Origin: an uncultured candidate division Zixibacteria bacterium
GTDB lineage: Bacteria; Zixibacteria; MSB-5A5; UBA10806
Assembly: GCA_963817915.1 (NCBI GenBank)
Contig: CAWFQL010000016.1
Location: forward strand, 352,001 to 416,000
DNA length: 64,000 bases
Direction: 5' to 3'
Shown here: positions 51,722-61,898 of the stretch, one piece after another
Position numbering within the stretch: position 1 is the first letter of the stretch
Layout: every line of letters begins with the position of its first letter
Translations under genes and position numbers: made by a program
The notes under the pieces: generated by a model
The model's database searches: none
Told to the model about the DNA's origin: nothing
Seen by the model: the letters and a program-made list of their open reading frames with translations, nothing else

Positions 51722-53458
51722 TTATTGCCAACCATATTTCTTGGCTATCAATATCGGCGGGATCATGCCCTCCGACAATATCTTAGCATGAAACGCTTTT
51801 AAACTAAAACTCTTCCTTTCTTTAGCTATGGCTTTCTGGCGCATATCGATCAAAAGAAATCGACCCAGCACATAAGATAAATTATGCGTGGGCTCAACGC
51901 ACATATAGTATTGACCCTTATAGTCAGTCGAATCCGGACCAAGGGTATCTACAATGAATGCGCGCACTGAATCAGTCGACATTTTGCCAGTATGAACCTT
52001 GATATCAACAATTGCTCCAATGGCATAACCGCGAAGCTCTTTATAATAGAAATATGGGATTTGCGGATCATCGCCAAAGAATCCGCGATTCATCAAGAGC
52101 TCTTTAATATATAACTCCCAGCCATGAATCATCATATCGTTTTCTTGAATTTTACGGAAGTTTGATGCGATCCTGCCCGCCATTTGAGTCAATAAATGGC
52201 GCCCGGGCAGAATTGAGGTGATAATATCTTCCCGAAAAGCTGCGCTCATATCATTAGGAGGCAACCCCTCCCCATTGCCAGAATAAGCGAAATCAAGGTT
52301 CCTATAATAATATCCTGTTTGATTTCTGTCAAAAATTCCCGGCGGTTCGTAGAAGTCGCGAGTAATACCTGCATGATTCAGATATGCGGGCAAATCTATA
52401 AAGGCGCATTTCGAAATACTGTCAGGCACGGTTATAATATTCTCTTTTTCCAGGTATTCTTTAATATAGTCGACTTCTTTTTCGCATCGGAATATTAGGG
52501 AATCATCATCAAGGCGGTATAGAACGTCGTCGTGAAAAAATCTGCCAAAAGTGGTATCCTCTGGCGGCATCTTTGCCTTCTCGATTTTAGCCAAAGAATC
52601 AGCCCACTGAAATGTCATTTCTGACAATTTGAGTAAAGAATCTGAATTGAATTCTATTGAATAGGCGTTGGAAATCAAAAACTCAAAATTCTCTTTTCCC
52701 AAAACGATATTTGAATCGGCTTGAGGCAGTATTTTTTGAACAAATTCAATATAATCATTCAGAGCAAATACGGCCCTGTCTCTCAGGGTCGAGATTTCGC
52801 CATTTTCATCAGGAAAGCTATCAACGAGAATGTCACTATATTCTTTTATTAAATCCCTTGCCTGAAATATGGAATGCACAGAAAAATAACATGAATAAAT
52901 ATTAGGCTTAACTATGTTTGGTTTTGACGATTCTAAAAATTGCGGAATCCCCCGTATCCTACCCAGGAATGATCGACTGCGTTGATCAAACGAAGGATAT
53001 TGGCGAGTTTCAAGAGGAAAGATCCCCGATAGTATTTCCCAAATATAAATCATTGGAGACATCCGCCACGTCGGGTAGTCTCGTATGAAAAATTTGCCAT
53101 ACCTCGTGCTTGATGTCATAATGGAATAATCGATTTGATCGTCAATTGGCCATCCGGTAGTGTCATAGCTTTCTATAATTGATAGTTCTTTGTTCATTTC
53201 ATCAAGACAACTCATCATGCTTGAAGCGGAAGGATTTGACCAAAGGCTGTCACGGTCATGATGTCCATTCAAAGTAGCCATCACAGGATAAATATCTTCA
53301 TAAAATTTTTGAATACTATCCGCAAAGATCCGAAATTCCGCTGGATCGGTAGCTTTTGCGATTTGAAAAACAAAAAAGTAGGAAAATATAAATACCGAAG
53401 CGCAAATTGCTTTGAAATTCTTGAAATAACTTTCTAACTTACTTTTTCTCATAAGCAT
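51722..53458 (-). CDS. DUF885 family protein
   Basis: P..AT..G.H, PGRHL, GWELY, VDIKVH, SYVLG and FSLKAFH motifs. Confidence 0.8.
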   Translation of the reverse strand: MLMRKSKLESYFKNFKAICASVFIFSYFFVFQIAKATDPAEFRIFADSIQKFYEDIYPVMATLNGHHDRDSLWSNPSASSMMSCLDEMNKELSIIESYDTTGWPIDDQIDYSIMTSSTRYGKFFIRDYPTWRMSPMIYIWEILSGIFPLETRQYPSFDQRSRSFLGRIRGIPQFLESSKPNIVKPNIYSCYFSVHSIFQARDLIKEYSDILVDSFPDENGEISTLRDRAVFALNDYIEFVQKILPQADSNIVLGKENFEFLISNAYSIEFNSDSLLKLSEMTFQWADSLAKIEKAKMPPEDTTFGRFFHDDVLYRLDDDSLIFRCEKEVDYIKEYLEKENIITVPDSISKCAFIDLPAYLNHAGITRDFYEPPGIFDRNQTGYYYRNLDFAYSGNGEGLPPNDMSAAFREDIITSILPGRHLLTQMAGRIASNFRKIQENDMMIHGWELYIKELLMNRGFFGDDPQIPYFYYKELRGYAIGAIVDIKVHTGKMSTDSVRAFIVDTLGPDSTDYKGQYYMCVEPTHNLSYVLGRFLLIDMRQKAIAKERKSFSLKAFHAKILSEGMIPPILIAKKYGWQ

Positions 53459-55362
53459 TATTTTTTGAAATTCAATATTTCCAGCGAGCTGTTTTCCGGA
53501 ACATAAATTGTTTTGCCCTGTACCATTAAATGCTCGCAGAAATGGCTTCCGGTAAAATAATTAGCAATCAATTTAGGATCGCTAATATCCTTAATATCCA
53601 TAACATAAATCCCTCCCTTGGATCGACTTTGGAGTAAAAAAAGATTCTGTTCTTTCACTTTGACAGCTTCGAATTGAAAATCATAAGAATCCGTAGAGTC
53701 TTTTTCAAGTTTGTATTTTGAGGCTAGGATGGGGTTGGACATATCCGAAACATCTATTACGAAAAGACCCTTTACCGCGTCCGCAAGGAATACTATAGAA
53801 CCTGAAACATCTATTCCGGAAGCGTACTGCGTGTCATAGCTCGACTGGAAATTCGGCTTTGTCTTATCGCTAATATCAAATATCTGCATGCCTGAATATT
53901 CGCATGCCATATAAGCGAAATTACCTTGAACAACTATATCCATAGCAGGAGAGGTCGTCCTAATTTTCCCAACGATATTCGGATGTGCGGGTGTTGATAT
54001 ATCTACTATTAAAAGCCCCGCGTCATTCGCGGCCAAATAAGCATAGCCTTCTTTCACGAATATGCTTGTTAGTCTATCCGGGGTTTCCATGCTGCCAATG
54101 ATTCTTGGATTGGATGGATTTGCGACATCAACCATCAGGAGCCCCTCGCTACCCATGGTTATATAGGCAATTGATTTGTCCACTACTATCCGGTCTGCTT
54201 TTCTATAGACATCCAGAAACTCTTTAGAACCCAATTCCAAATGCCCGATTAGATCGTTATTTCTTGGTCTTTTCAAGCCTAGGATGATAAGGCCAAAATC
54301 CTCTGCCGTGACATAGGCGATGTCATCCACGACGGCGACATCTTTTATTCCTCTTGGCGGGGCAAACAATCCTTTAATTTCAGGGCTTAAAACATTGGAG
54401 ATATTCATTATCAAAATCTGAGCGTCCTTATTAATAATATAAGCCTTATCATCTTCGAAAGAAATACGCCAGAATACCATACTGTCGGCAGCTGTTTCAA
54501 TTAATTTTGGATTCGATGGGGCATTTATATCGAATACCTTAATTGTTCGATTGCTGCCCGGGGAGATAAATGCATAGTTTCCATAAACGAAAATGCTGCC
54601 ATGCCCATCGTTTACAATTTCTGCTTGTCCCGCCAATTTGAGGTTATTCGGATCGCTAATATCCTGGACTAACAAGCCATAGCCGCCATCGAAAACGAAA
54701 GCATAATTGCCCTTGATTACTATAGAGGTAGCCTTTCCTTTAGTATAATAGCTCCCCAATGATTTTGGGGAAGAAGGATCCGTAATGTCGAGCATTTCAA
54801 TGTAGCGGCTTTGGCCCTTAAAATAATCGTCACTTCCTATCCCGATTAGTACATATTTATCGTTAGCCGCGATAGACTGTATTTCCCCGTTAGTGGCATA
54901 TGATCCGATTTTTTGCGGTTTTGAAGGATCGTTGATATCGATTATTAGTAAACCTGATTCCTTGTCGGATATAAAGGCCAATGATCCTTTCAAAAAAACA
55001 CTACGTATATCGCGAGCATCTTTATAATAAGCCATTACCTTAGGTTTTTTCGGATTGGAAATATCAATAATGGGAAGGCCATCATCGACATTTGATACGA
55101 TCGCATAATTGCCGTCAATCGCTATGTCGTGGCACCAGCCATTTAGTTGACATTGACCGATCGGTATAGGGCGGTCTGCGTTTGAGCAATCCAGCACCAT
55201 GAGGCCGGCATCGTTGGTGCAATAGGCGATACGATTTATTACTGTTATTGCGAAAAAATTGTTCGATGCTGTCGATCCCAGATGTTCAATTTCCGAGGCA
55301 TATAAACTCGGCATAATTAGCCACATTATCAAAATTGATAATTGTATCATCGTTTTTTTCAT
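53458..55362 (-). CDS. Secreted LVIVD-repeat beta-propeller protein
   Basis: Many GL.IIDISDP..P..IG repeats; signal peptide. Confidence 0.88.
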   Translation of the reverse strand: MKKTMIQLSILIMWLIMPSLYASEIEHLGSTASNNFFAITVINRIAYCTNDAGLMVLDCSNADRPIPIGQCQLNGWCHDIAIDGNYAIVSNVDDGLPIIDISNPKKPKVMAYYKDARDIRSVFLKGSLAFISDKESGLLIIDINDPSKPQKIGSYATNGEIQSIAANDKYVLIGIGSDDYFKGQSRYIEMLDITDPSSPKSLGSYYTKGKATSIVIKGNYAFVFDGGYGLLVQDISDPNNLKLAGQAEIVNDGHGSIFVYGNYAFISPGSNRTIKVFDINAPSNPKLIETAADSMVFWRISFEDDKAYIINKDAQILIMNISNVLSPEIKGLFAPPRGIKDVAVVDDIAYVTAEDFGLIILGLKRPRNNDLIGHLELGSKEFLDVYRKADRIVVDKSIAYITMGSEGLLMVDVANPSNPRIIGSMETPDRLTSIFVKEGYAYLAANDAGLLIVDISTPAHPNIVGKIRTTSPAMDIVVQGNFAYMACEYSGMQIFDISDKTKPNFQSSYDTQYASGIDVSGSIVFLADAVKGLFVIDVSDMSNPILASKYKLEKDSTDSYDFQFEAVKVKEQNLFLLQSRSKGGIYVMDIKDISDPKLIANYFTGSHFCEHLMVQGKTIYVPENSSLEILNFKK

Positions 55363-55540
55363 TTTAATTTATTTTTTGGCGACAATAACATCTCGGTACG
55401 CAAATATATATACTATTAAATAGAAAAAATATTCCATTATAATTTTTGTTTATAAAAGATTAGGTCTAATTTTTGCAGTATCCTGCAATAAGAATTTTCA
55501 AAATTAGATAATGATTTATTGAAGGTCAATCAGGAAGTGC

Positions 55541-56533
55541 TTACTCCCCCACATCCTTTAGCAGTCTATCGACTATTTCGAGTGTGCCGACGCTATCGGC
55601 CTCGGCGGAAAAGGAGGTTACGATTCTATGGCGCAAAACCGGACGAGCCACGGCGCGGATATCCTCAATCGATGGTGTCGGACGGCCATATAAAATCGCG
55701 CGAGTCTTAGCGCCAAGCACCAGATATTGCGAGGCTCTCGGCCCGGCGCCCCAGCTGACCCAATTCTTGATATAATCCGATGAGCTTTCCACCGGACGAG
55801 TAGCGCGCGCCAATTTCACTGCATAAGCGATAATACTATCGGCGACCGGCACCCGTCTGACCAGGTCCTGCAATTCCATGACCTCATCGGCCTTCATGAC
55901 CTTCTCGGCCGCCGATACATAAGCCGATGTTGTCGTGCGCACGATCTCATTTTCCTCGGCCTCGGATGGATAATCGACATATATATTGAACATGAAACGA
56001 TCCAATTGCGCTTCCGGCAATGGATAGGTGCCTTCCTGCTCGATCGGGTTTTGTGTGGCTAATACGAAAAATGGCTTTTCGAGCTTGTGGGTCGCGCCCG
56101 CGGCAGTCACTTCGTTTTCCTGCATCGCCTGAAGTAGAGCCGATTGCGTTTTCGGCGGAGTACGGTTGATTTCATCGGCCAATACGATATTGGCAAATAC
56201 CGGCCCGCGCACGAAACGAAACTCGCGCGTCCCCGACGCCCTATTCTCCTCGATTAGCTCTGTGCCGGTGATATCCGACGGCATCAGGTCCGGCGTGAAC
56301 TGGATTCGCGAGAATTTCAGGTCGAGCGTTTTCGCCAATGTCGATATCAGCAATGTTTTCGCCAGCCCCGGCACGCCGACCAAAAGGCAATGTCCTCTGG
56401 CCAGAATCGCGACCAGCATCTGCTCGATTACCTGGTCTTGCCCGACAATCACCTTGCCGATTTCCGATTTTATCCGTTTGTACCCCTCGTTGAGTCTTTC
56501 TACAGCCTTAAGATCGCTTTTTTCGGCGCTCAT
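55541..56533 (-). CDS. MoxR family AAA+ ATPase
   Basis: GVPGLAKT, RIQFTPDLMPSD, DEINR, ATQNPIEQEGTY and LDRF motifs. Confidence 0.95.
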   Translation of the reverse strand: MSAEKSDLKAVERLNEGYKRIKSEIGKVIVGQDQVIEQMLVAILARGHCLLVGVPGLAKTLLISTLAKTLDLKFSRIQFTPDLMPSDITGTELIEENRASGTREFRFVRGPVFANIVLADEINRTPPKTQSALLQAMQENEVTAAGATHKLEKPFFVLATQNPIEQEGTYPLPEAQLDRFMFNIYVDYPSEAEENEIVRTTTSAYVSAAEKVMKADEVMELQDLVRRVPVADSIIAYAVKLARATRPVESSSDYIKNWVSWGAGPRASQYLVLGAKTRAILYGRPTPSIEDIRAVARPVLRHRIVTSFSAEADSVGTLEIVDRLLKDVGE

Positions 56534-56581
56534 CTATCCTCCAGTCGACTTGATATCGAAATTACTGTTCCTATTTCCTTT

Positions 56582-57410
56582 GTAGGTCGCGGTTTGAGTC
56601 CGCCCCGGACGAAAACCCGACATCTTTCCTAAATTACCTTTTGTCGGGTTTTTCAAACCCGACCTACTGCTCCCTATTGCAGTGTTCGTAGTTCTTATTT
56701 CTTTTGTAGCTCAGTGTCTGATCCGCCGAAGGCGGAGAAGACCCGACAATTTGTTATTCCCCAAAATCACCACTAAATTTTACTTCACTTACAACTCCCC
56801 AATTTCGCTCATATTTCCCATCTTCATAATACTTCATTAAAGAAGAATACCTATATTCAAATGGATCCTTTGACATTCCATGTCCGACAGGATTAAAATG
56901 AATATAATCAATATGATTATTCATATCGTTTTGATCGCGAATAATATGGTCCCAAAATCGATTTTGCCAAACCTTGCCAGGGCGATATTGGCGGCGGAAT
57001 TCCAATGAATATTTTGTCTTAAACGAATGTATAATTTGGGAAATAGAGATGTCGTCTATTTTTATTATCAGATGAAAATGATCCGGCATAATGACCCAAG
57101 CCTCTAACGTGCTACCGGCCCAACTGCTCCAGAAAAGGTCGATATTTAAATGCAGGATGGCTTCTCTTTTAAACGTGACATTGGTTATAAAATAATAAGT
57201 ATTTCTAATGTCGAATCTTCGTAGCGTCTTCATGCTTAACCTTTTGTCGGGTTTTTCAAACCCGACCTACGACTCCCTAAAATCTGATTGCCTGTCTGAT
57301 TTCCTGTGTAGGTCGCGGTTTGAGTCCGGCGCCTGCCGGACGAAAACCCGACAATTCTTTTATTATTCTTCTTTATTCACTTGTTGTCGGGTTTTTCAAA
57401 CCCGACCTAC
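56582..57410. repeat. Six REP elements (consensus GTAGGTCGGGTTTGAAAAACCCGAC) in inverted pairs flanking a RAYT
   Basis: Copies at 56582, 56641, 56706, 57244, 57308 and 57384. Confidence 0.9.
56754..57233 (-). mobile_element. REP-associated tyrosine transposase (RAYT/YafM-like)
   Basis: YFITNVT, MPDHFH, WQNRFWDHIIRD, YIHFNPV.HG and YSS motifs; flanking REPs. Confidence 0.93.
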
Positions 57411-57561
57411 GGCTCCTTATCAATGGCACAATTGGCCGAAATCAAAAATTCCGGCATTGTCTATTATACGCAATTGTAGGGGAAATGGAAAAGGTATTAT
57501 GGAGGTTTTAAATCAATATTCTGGCGGATTAATTCAAGGAAAACGATATTACAATAAGGTT

Positions 57562-58263
57562 CTATTTTTTTAAAGAATCGACTTTCGCCAGCCCCACCGT
57601 GCCGTCTTTCTCCAACGTTGCAAAAAGCGTATCGGCCTTTTCGGTGGTCACATAATCTGTGGCGAATGTATCTATAGACGCGAACCATCTAAAATACTTG
57701 GAATCCCGAAACAATTCATATGCCATGCTGCCGCCGCCCTCGAGCTCGTTGTGATGAAGCAAAGCTCCAGTCGTATTTGGCGGAATACGCTTCAAGAAGC
57801 GGCTGTCAAATGATGTTGTCTTGTAACATCGCGCGGGCAAACCGAAAATACCATTGGCGAATTTGAAATTTATGATTTCACCATCGAAACGCCAGGAGTC
57901 GCCCGATAGAAAGAAAACATTCTCGATTACGCTAGTATCGGGAGTCGCCGGCTTATAATGAATCCTGAGCGAACGAACCGGATCGTTCATATTATAAACT
58001 GTTATTTCGGCAATTGGGCCGGCGGTTTTCAACGGCCGATAATATTTAAGCTGTGACGAGAGCCAGAAAAAGCCCTGGGCTCCCACTATCGCAAGCAGCG
58101 CGACAATTATCAGAATCAGGCTGGCGCTTCTCGGCGGCTTGGTGTATGGCGGCGGATTATCGACATAGCGGATCCGCTTGATGACACGATTCAGCATATA
58201 CGCCAATAGCAAAATCCCTGCTACAAACAGGATAATGCCATATAACGTTAGATGCGAACCCAT
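57562..58263 (-). CDS. Hypothetical membrane protein (two N-terminal TM helices)
   Basis: Long ORF co-oriented with the bactofilin operon; hydrophobic segments. Confidence 0.7.
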   Translation of the reverse strand: MGSHLTLYGIILFVAGILLLAYMLNRVIKRIRYVDNPPPYTKPPRSASLILIIVALLAIVGAQGFFWLSSQLKYYRPLKTAGPIAEITVYNMNDPVRSLRIHYKPATPDTSVIENVFFLSGDSWRFDGEIINFKFANGIFGLPARCYKTTSFDSRFLKRIPPNTTGALLHHNELEGGGSMAYELFRDSKYFRWFASIDTFATDYVTTEKADTLFATLEKDGTVGLAKVDSLKK

Positions 58264-58277
58264 CAGGTGGACGCTCG

Positions 58278-58664
58278 CTATTTAGGTTGATCGTGTTTTG
58301 GGAATGCTAAATTCGGGCCTGACGATGAATCCTTCATCTTGGAGCTGCCATGAAACATGGCGCCATGCTCGACCAATAATGACTTGGATGTGATATCACC
58401 AATTAATTCCGACTTCGCCTGCAATTCGACTTTTTCGGATGCGATGATATTTCCCTCGACCTTGCCGCCGATGATGATAGCCTTAGCCCTGATTTCGGCC
58501 TTGACCACTCCCGTGGCTCCGACCGTAACGACATCATTGGAGATTAGCTTTCCAGTGACAAAGCCATCAATGCGGGTAGCGCCCTCGATGTCGATCGATC
58601 CTTCGACCTTTGTACCTTTTCCGATTATGGTTTCCAGACGACCCTCACTTTTTGTACCGTTCAT
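58278..58664 (-). CDS. Bactofilin (polymer-forming cytoskeletal protein)
   Basis: TIIGKGTKVEG...RIDG...VEGNI.A..KVEL...GDI....L.VEHGA.F.G. Confidence 0.92.
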   Translation of the reverse strand: MNGTKSEGRLETIIGKGTKVEGSIDIEGATRIDGFVTGKLISNDVVTVGATGVVKAEIRAKAIIIGGKVEGNIIASEKVELQAKSELIGDITSKSLLVEHGAMFHGSSKMKDSSSGPNLAFPKHDQPK

Positions 58665-58714
58665 ATCTCCCTCTTTTTTAATTTCATTTTTTTCGAATCT
58701 TTTCAGCATCATAT

Positions 58715-59533
58715 TTAATCCAGATATGACGCCGGGTTTACCGGTTGGCCATCCTTTCTAATCTCGTAGTGCAAATGAGGCGCAGAGGAGTTGCCGGTAT
58801 TCCCCGAAAGCGCAATGACATCTCCTTTTAACACCTTTTGCCCCTTTTCCACAAGCATTTTTTTATTATGGCCATATAATGTTTGAAAACCATTGCCGTG
58901 GTCTATGATTACTAAATTCCCCAATTCTTTATCCCATCCGGCGTATGATACTGTTCCCGAAGCCGTCGCCAGTACCGATGTACCCTCTTTAACCGCGAAA
59001 TCAATTCCACTATGTTTCTCAAAAACTGTGTCTTTATCAGATGTAAATGGTCTCGTAATCCATCCATATAGTGGTCTGCCATGTGGAATGACTATCTTAG
59101 CGAGCGTATCCGACAAAGGCTTTGAAGAAGCAATCATGGAATTATCAACAGAGTCAGTTCCGGTATCATTATAGTTTGTATCGGGTATATCAGTCTCGGA
59201 TGATCCATACGATTCCGAGAGCGCCATCTGTGAAATATCAACCCCTGCCATCTCAGCCAGGCGGACCGTCAGGTCACGGTTCTTCTTATAGTTCTTTTCG
59301 ATTTCATTTACTCTGGATACATCAGCGCGCAGCTTTTGATTTTCATTTTCCAATGACGACACGCGGCTGGCCTTGACCGCAAGCCCCGCGTATACTATCG
59401 TGATACCAATTAGAGTCAAAATCAAAAGAGCCGAAAGCGAAATGACGACTTTGAACATCGTCAGGGACATGCTCTGTGAAAATATTCGTTCGCCCCCTTC
59501 GGGGACAATCATGAATGTTATCTTCTTGCTCAC
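58715..59533 (-). CDS. M23 peptidase with TM helix and coiled coil
   Basis: HSGID, YGH and HLHYE motifs. Confidence 0.92.
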   Translation of the reverse strand: MSKKITFMIVPEGGERIFSQSMSLTMFKVVISLSALLILTLIGITIVYAGLAVKASRVSSLENENQKLRADVSRVNEIEKNYKKNRDLTVRLAEMAGVDISQMALSESYGSSETDIPDTNYNDTGTDSVDNSMIASSKPLSDTLAKIVIPHGRPLYGWITRPFTSDKDTVFEKHSGIDFAVKEGTSVLATASGTVSYAGWDKELGNLVIIDHGNGFQTLYGHNKKMLVEKGQKVLKGDVIALSGNTGNSSAPHLHYEIRKDGQPVNPASYLD

Positions 59534-60411
59534 TGAGTTTCAATCGCCCCAAATAAATCTAATATTCTATTAAGATCGTCATTGGTGTAATATTCGAAAA
59601 TAATTTTGCCACCCTTTTTCTTCTGATTAATTGACACCTTTGTTCCAAATTTTCTTTTCAATACTTCCTCGACCGAAACTACCTGAGCAGAACGGGATTC
59701 TGCCAATTTTAATTTTCTCGCGGGTTTATTATTATATACGAGCTTTTCGAGCTCGCGAACATTGAGCCCCTCGGCTATCGCTTTTTCAGCCAAGGCGATT
59801 TTTTCTGTATCGGTCTGCAGTGCTAATAGTGTTCGCGCTTGGCCCGCCGAAAGACGACCGTCGTTCACCATTCCCTGTATTACTTCCGGTAATGACAGCA
59901 AACGAAGGGAATTGGCTACAGAGGATCTATCTTTGCCTACTCGTCCGGCGACATCGGCCTGGGTTAGATTGCATTCGGTCATCAGACGACGATATGCCGT
60001 TGCTTCTTCGATCGCATTGAGATTCTCGCGTTGAATATTTTCGATAAGGGCCAATTCCATCGATTCCTCATTGCTGGTGGAATCATAGACTACCGCCGGT
60101 ATAGAGGGCATACCCAATTTCTCGACAGCCTTGAGTCTTCGTTCGCCGACAATCAGTTCGTATCCATTCTCTGTAGCGCGAACTACGACGGGCTGAATCA
60201 CGCCACGTTCTCTTATTGATTCGGCCAGCTCCGCCAATTTTGCCTGATCGAAAACCTGGCGCGGCTGAAATGGATTAGGCTTAATTTCAGATATCGGGAT
60301 TTCGAATATAACACCATGCCTTGAATGTGAGGAGGTATCCTCTTCTGCGCCCGATGCGCCGGCTCCCGGAATCAGGGCCTCAAGTCCTCTACCTAATACC
60401 ATTCGCTTCAT
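59530..60411 (-). CDS. parB: Chromosome partitioning protein ParB
   Basis: LGRGLEAL, PNPFQPR, GERR and ENIQRENL motifs. Confidence 0.97.
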   Translation of the reverse strand: MKRMVLGRGLEALIPGAGASGAEEDTSSHSRHGVIFEIPISEIKPNPFQPRQVFDQAKLAELAESIRERGVIQPVVVRATENGYELIVGERRLKAVEKLGMPSIPAVVYDSTSNEESMELALIENIQRENLNAIEEATAYRRLMTECNLTQADVAGRVGKDRSSVANSLRLLSLPEVIQGMVNDGRLSAGQARTLLALQTDTEKIALAEKAIAEGLNVRELEKLVYNNKPARKLKLAESRSAQVVSVEEVLKRKFGTKVSINQKKKGGKIIFEYYTNDDLNRILDLFGAIETQ

Positions 60412-61166
60412 CTGGACAAAACCTCCTTGGCGAGATTAATATAGTTTGCCGCTCCCGTGGACAAAATATCATATAACAATATCGGCTTGCCGAAACTTGG
60501 CGCTTCCGAAAGCCGGACATTACGATTTATAACAGTCTCGAAAACTTTTTCAGGGAAAAACTTGCGGGTCTCATCCGCGACCTGCTTGGAAAGATTCAAA
60601 CGGCCGTCATACATGGTGAGCAAGACACCGTGGATATCCAATTTCGGATTCAGATGCTTTTGAACTAATCGCACCGTATTCAGAAGTTGCCCTAGCCCTT
60701 CAAGGGCGTAATATTCGCACTGAATGGGAATAATGAGGGAATCGGAGGCTACAAGCGTATTAATTGTCAGAAGTCCCAGCGATGGCGGGCAATCAATCAG
60801 GATAAAGTCGTATTTGTCTCGGATTGACGCCAAAGCATCCTGCAGCCTGTGCTCTCTTGAGGCCACAGACACTAGCTCAAGTTCGGCTCCAACTAAGCTG
60901 ATATTTGCCGGCAGAATATCGAGGAATTTGATCTCTGTGGACACAATCGCTTGTACGGCAGGGACTTGCCCCAACAAAACATCGTAGGTCGATATTTCCA
61001 CGAGCTTCTTATCGATACCTACACCCGATGTCGTATTGCCCTGAGGATCCATATCGATCAGTAGAGTCTTCTTTTCGGCTACAGCCAGACAACAGGCCAG
61101 ATTGATTGCGGTCGTGGTTTTGCCGACACCGCCCTTTTGATTCGTGATTCCAATTATTTTCGACAT
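60408..61166 (-). CDS. parA: Chromosome partitioning ATPase ParA/Soj
   Basis: KGGVGKTT, DPQGN, DCPP and RLSEAPS motifs. Confidence 0.97.
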   Translation of the reverse strand: MSKIIGITNQKGGVGKTTTAINLACCLAVAEKKTLLIDMDPQGNTTSGVGIDKKLVEISTYDVLLGQVPAVQAIVSTEIKFLDILPANISLVGAELELVSVASREHRLQDALASIRDKYDFILIDCPPSLGLLTINTLVASDSLIIPIQCEYYALEGLGQLLNTVRLVQKHLNPKLDIHGVLLTMYDGRLNLSKQVADETRKFFPEKVFETVINRNVRLSEAPSFGKPILLYDILSTGAANYINLAKEVLSR

Positions 61167-61251
61167 TGTAACCTCAAAAATTTCGGAAGGTTAGGGTGCT
61201 CATAGAATCAGATGCAAGACTATATTATTTCAGAGCGAAAATCAAGCGAAA

Positions 61252-61267
61252 AGTTTCACGTGAAACG
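61252..61267. promoter_or_regulatory. parS site
   Basis: AGTTTCACGTGAAACG, upstream of parA. Confidence 0.9.
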
Positions 61268-61283
61268 AGATAATATGGAATCT

Positions 61284-61898
61284 GTAGGTCCGAACCCCCA
61301 TGGTTCGGACTCCTGTCTTTTATTCTCCAATATTTCGGCGAAACCACGGGGGTTCCGCCCTACCCAAAGCAATTTATCTCGGAGCTATGATCTTGTAATA
61401 CCCGACTCGCTCAAAATAGATGACTTTGCCATCGGGCTTGACGATTTCCTTGATACGATCGAGATGTTTCTCCCAGCGAGGGAGGAAATTGTAGGTCCGA
61501 ACCCCTGCGGTTCGGACTCCTGCTTTTCATTTTCCAATATATAGGCGGAACCACGGGGGTTCCGCCCTACCCAAAGCAATTTATCTCGGAGCTATGATCT
61601 TGTAATACCCGACTCGCTCAAAATAGATGACTTTGCCATCGGGCTTGACGATTTCCTTGATACGATCGAGATGTTTTTCCCAACGAGGGAGGAAATTGTA
61701 GGTCCGAACCCCTGCGGTTCGGACTCCTGCTTTTCATTTTCCAATATATAGGCGGAACCACGGGGGTTCCGCCCTACCCAAAGCAATTTATCTCGGAGCT
61801 ATGATCTTGTAATACCCGACTCGTTCAAAATATATGATTTTGCCATCGGGCTTGACGATTTCTTTGATACTATCGAGATGCTTCTCCCAGCGGGGCAG
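61284..61898. repeat. Three 207-bp tandem units: REP doublet + last 111 nt of rsmG
   Basis: REP starts at 61284, 61491 and 61698; rsmG-end blocks start at 61374, 61581 and 61788 (exact 207 nt period). Confidence 0.95.

Noticed and set aside
55541..56533. MoxR-DUF58-VWA chaperone operon
   Set aside because: No DUF58 or VWA gene is adjacent. Partners are probably elsewhere in the genome, so no system is claimed.
61212..61786. ORFs 61212..61544, 61385..61579 and 61592..61786 as real genes
   Set aside because: They are readings through REP palindromes and off-frame or antisense rsmG copies, with no RBS.
61284..61898. CRISPR array or DGR template/variable repeat
   Set aside because: The units are near-identical 207-mers with no unique spacers and no cas genes. 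The differences are not adenine-specific and there is no reverse transcriptase in the window.
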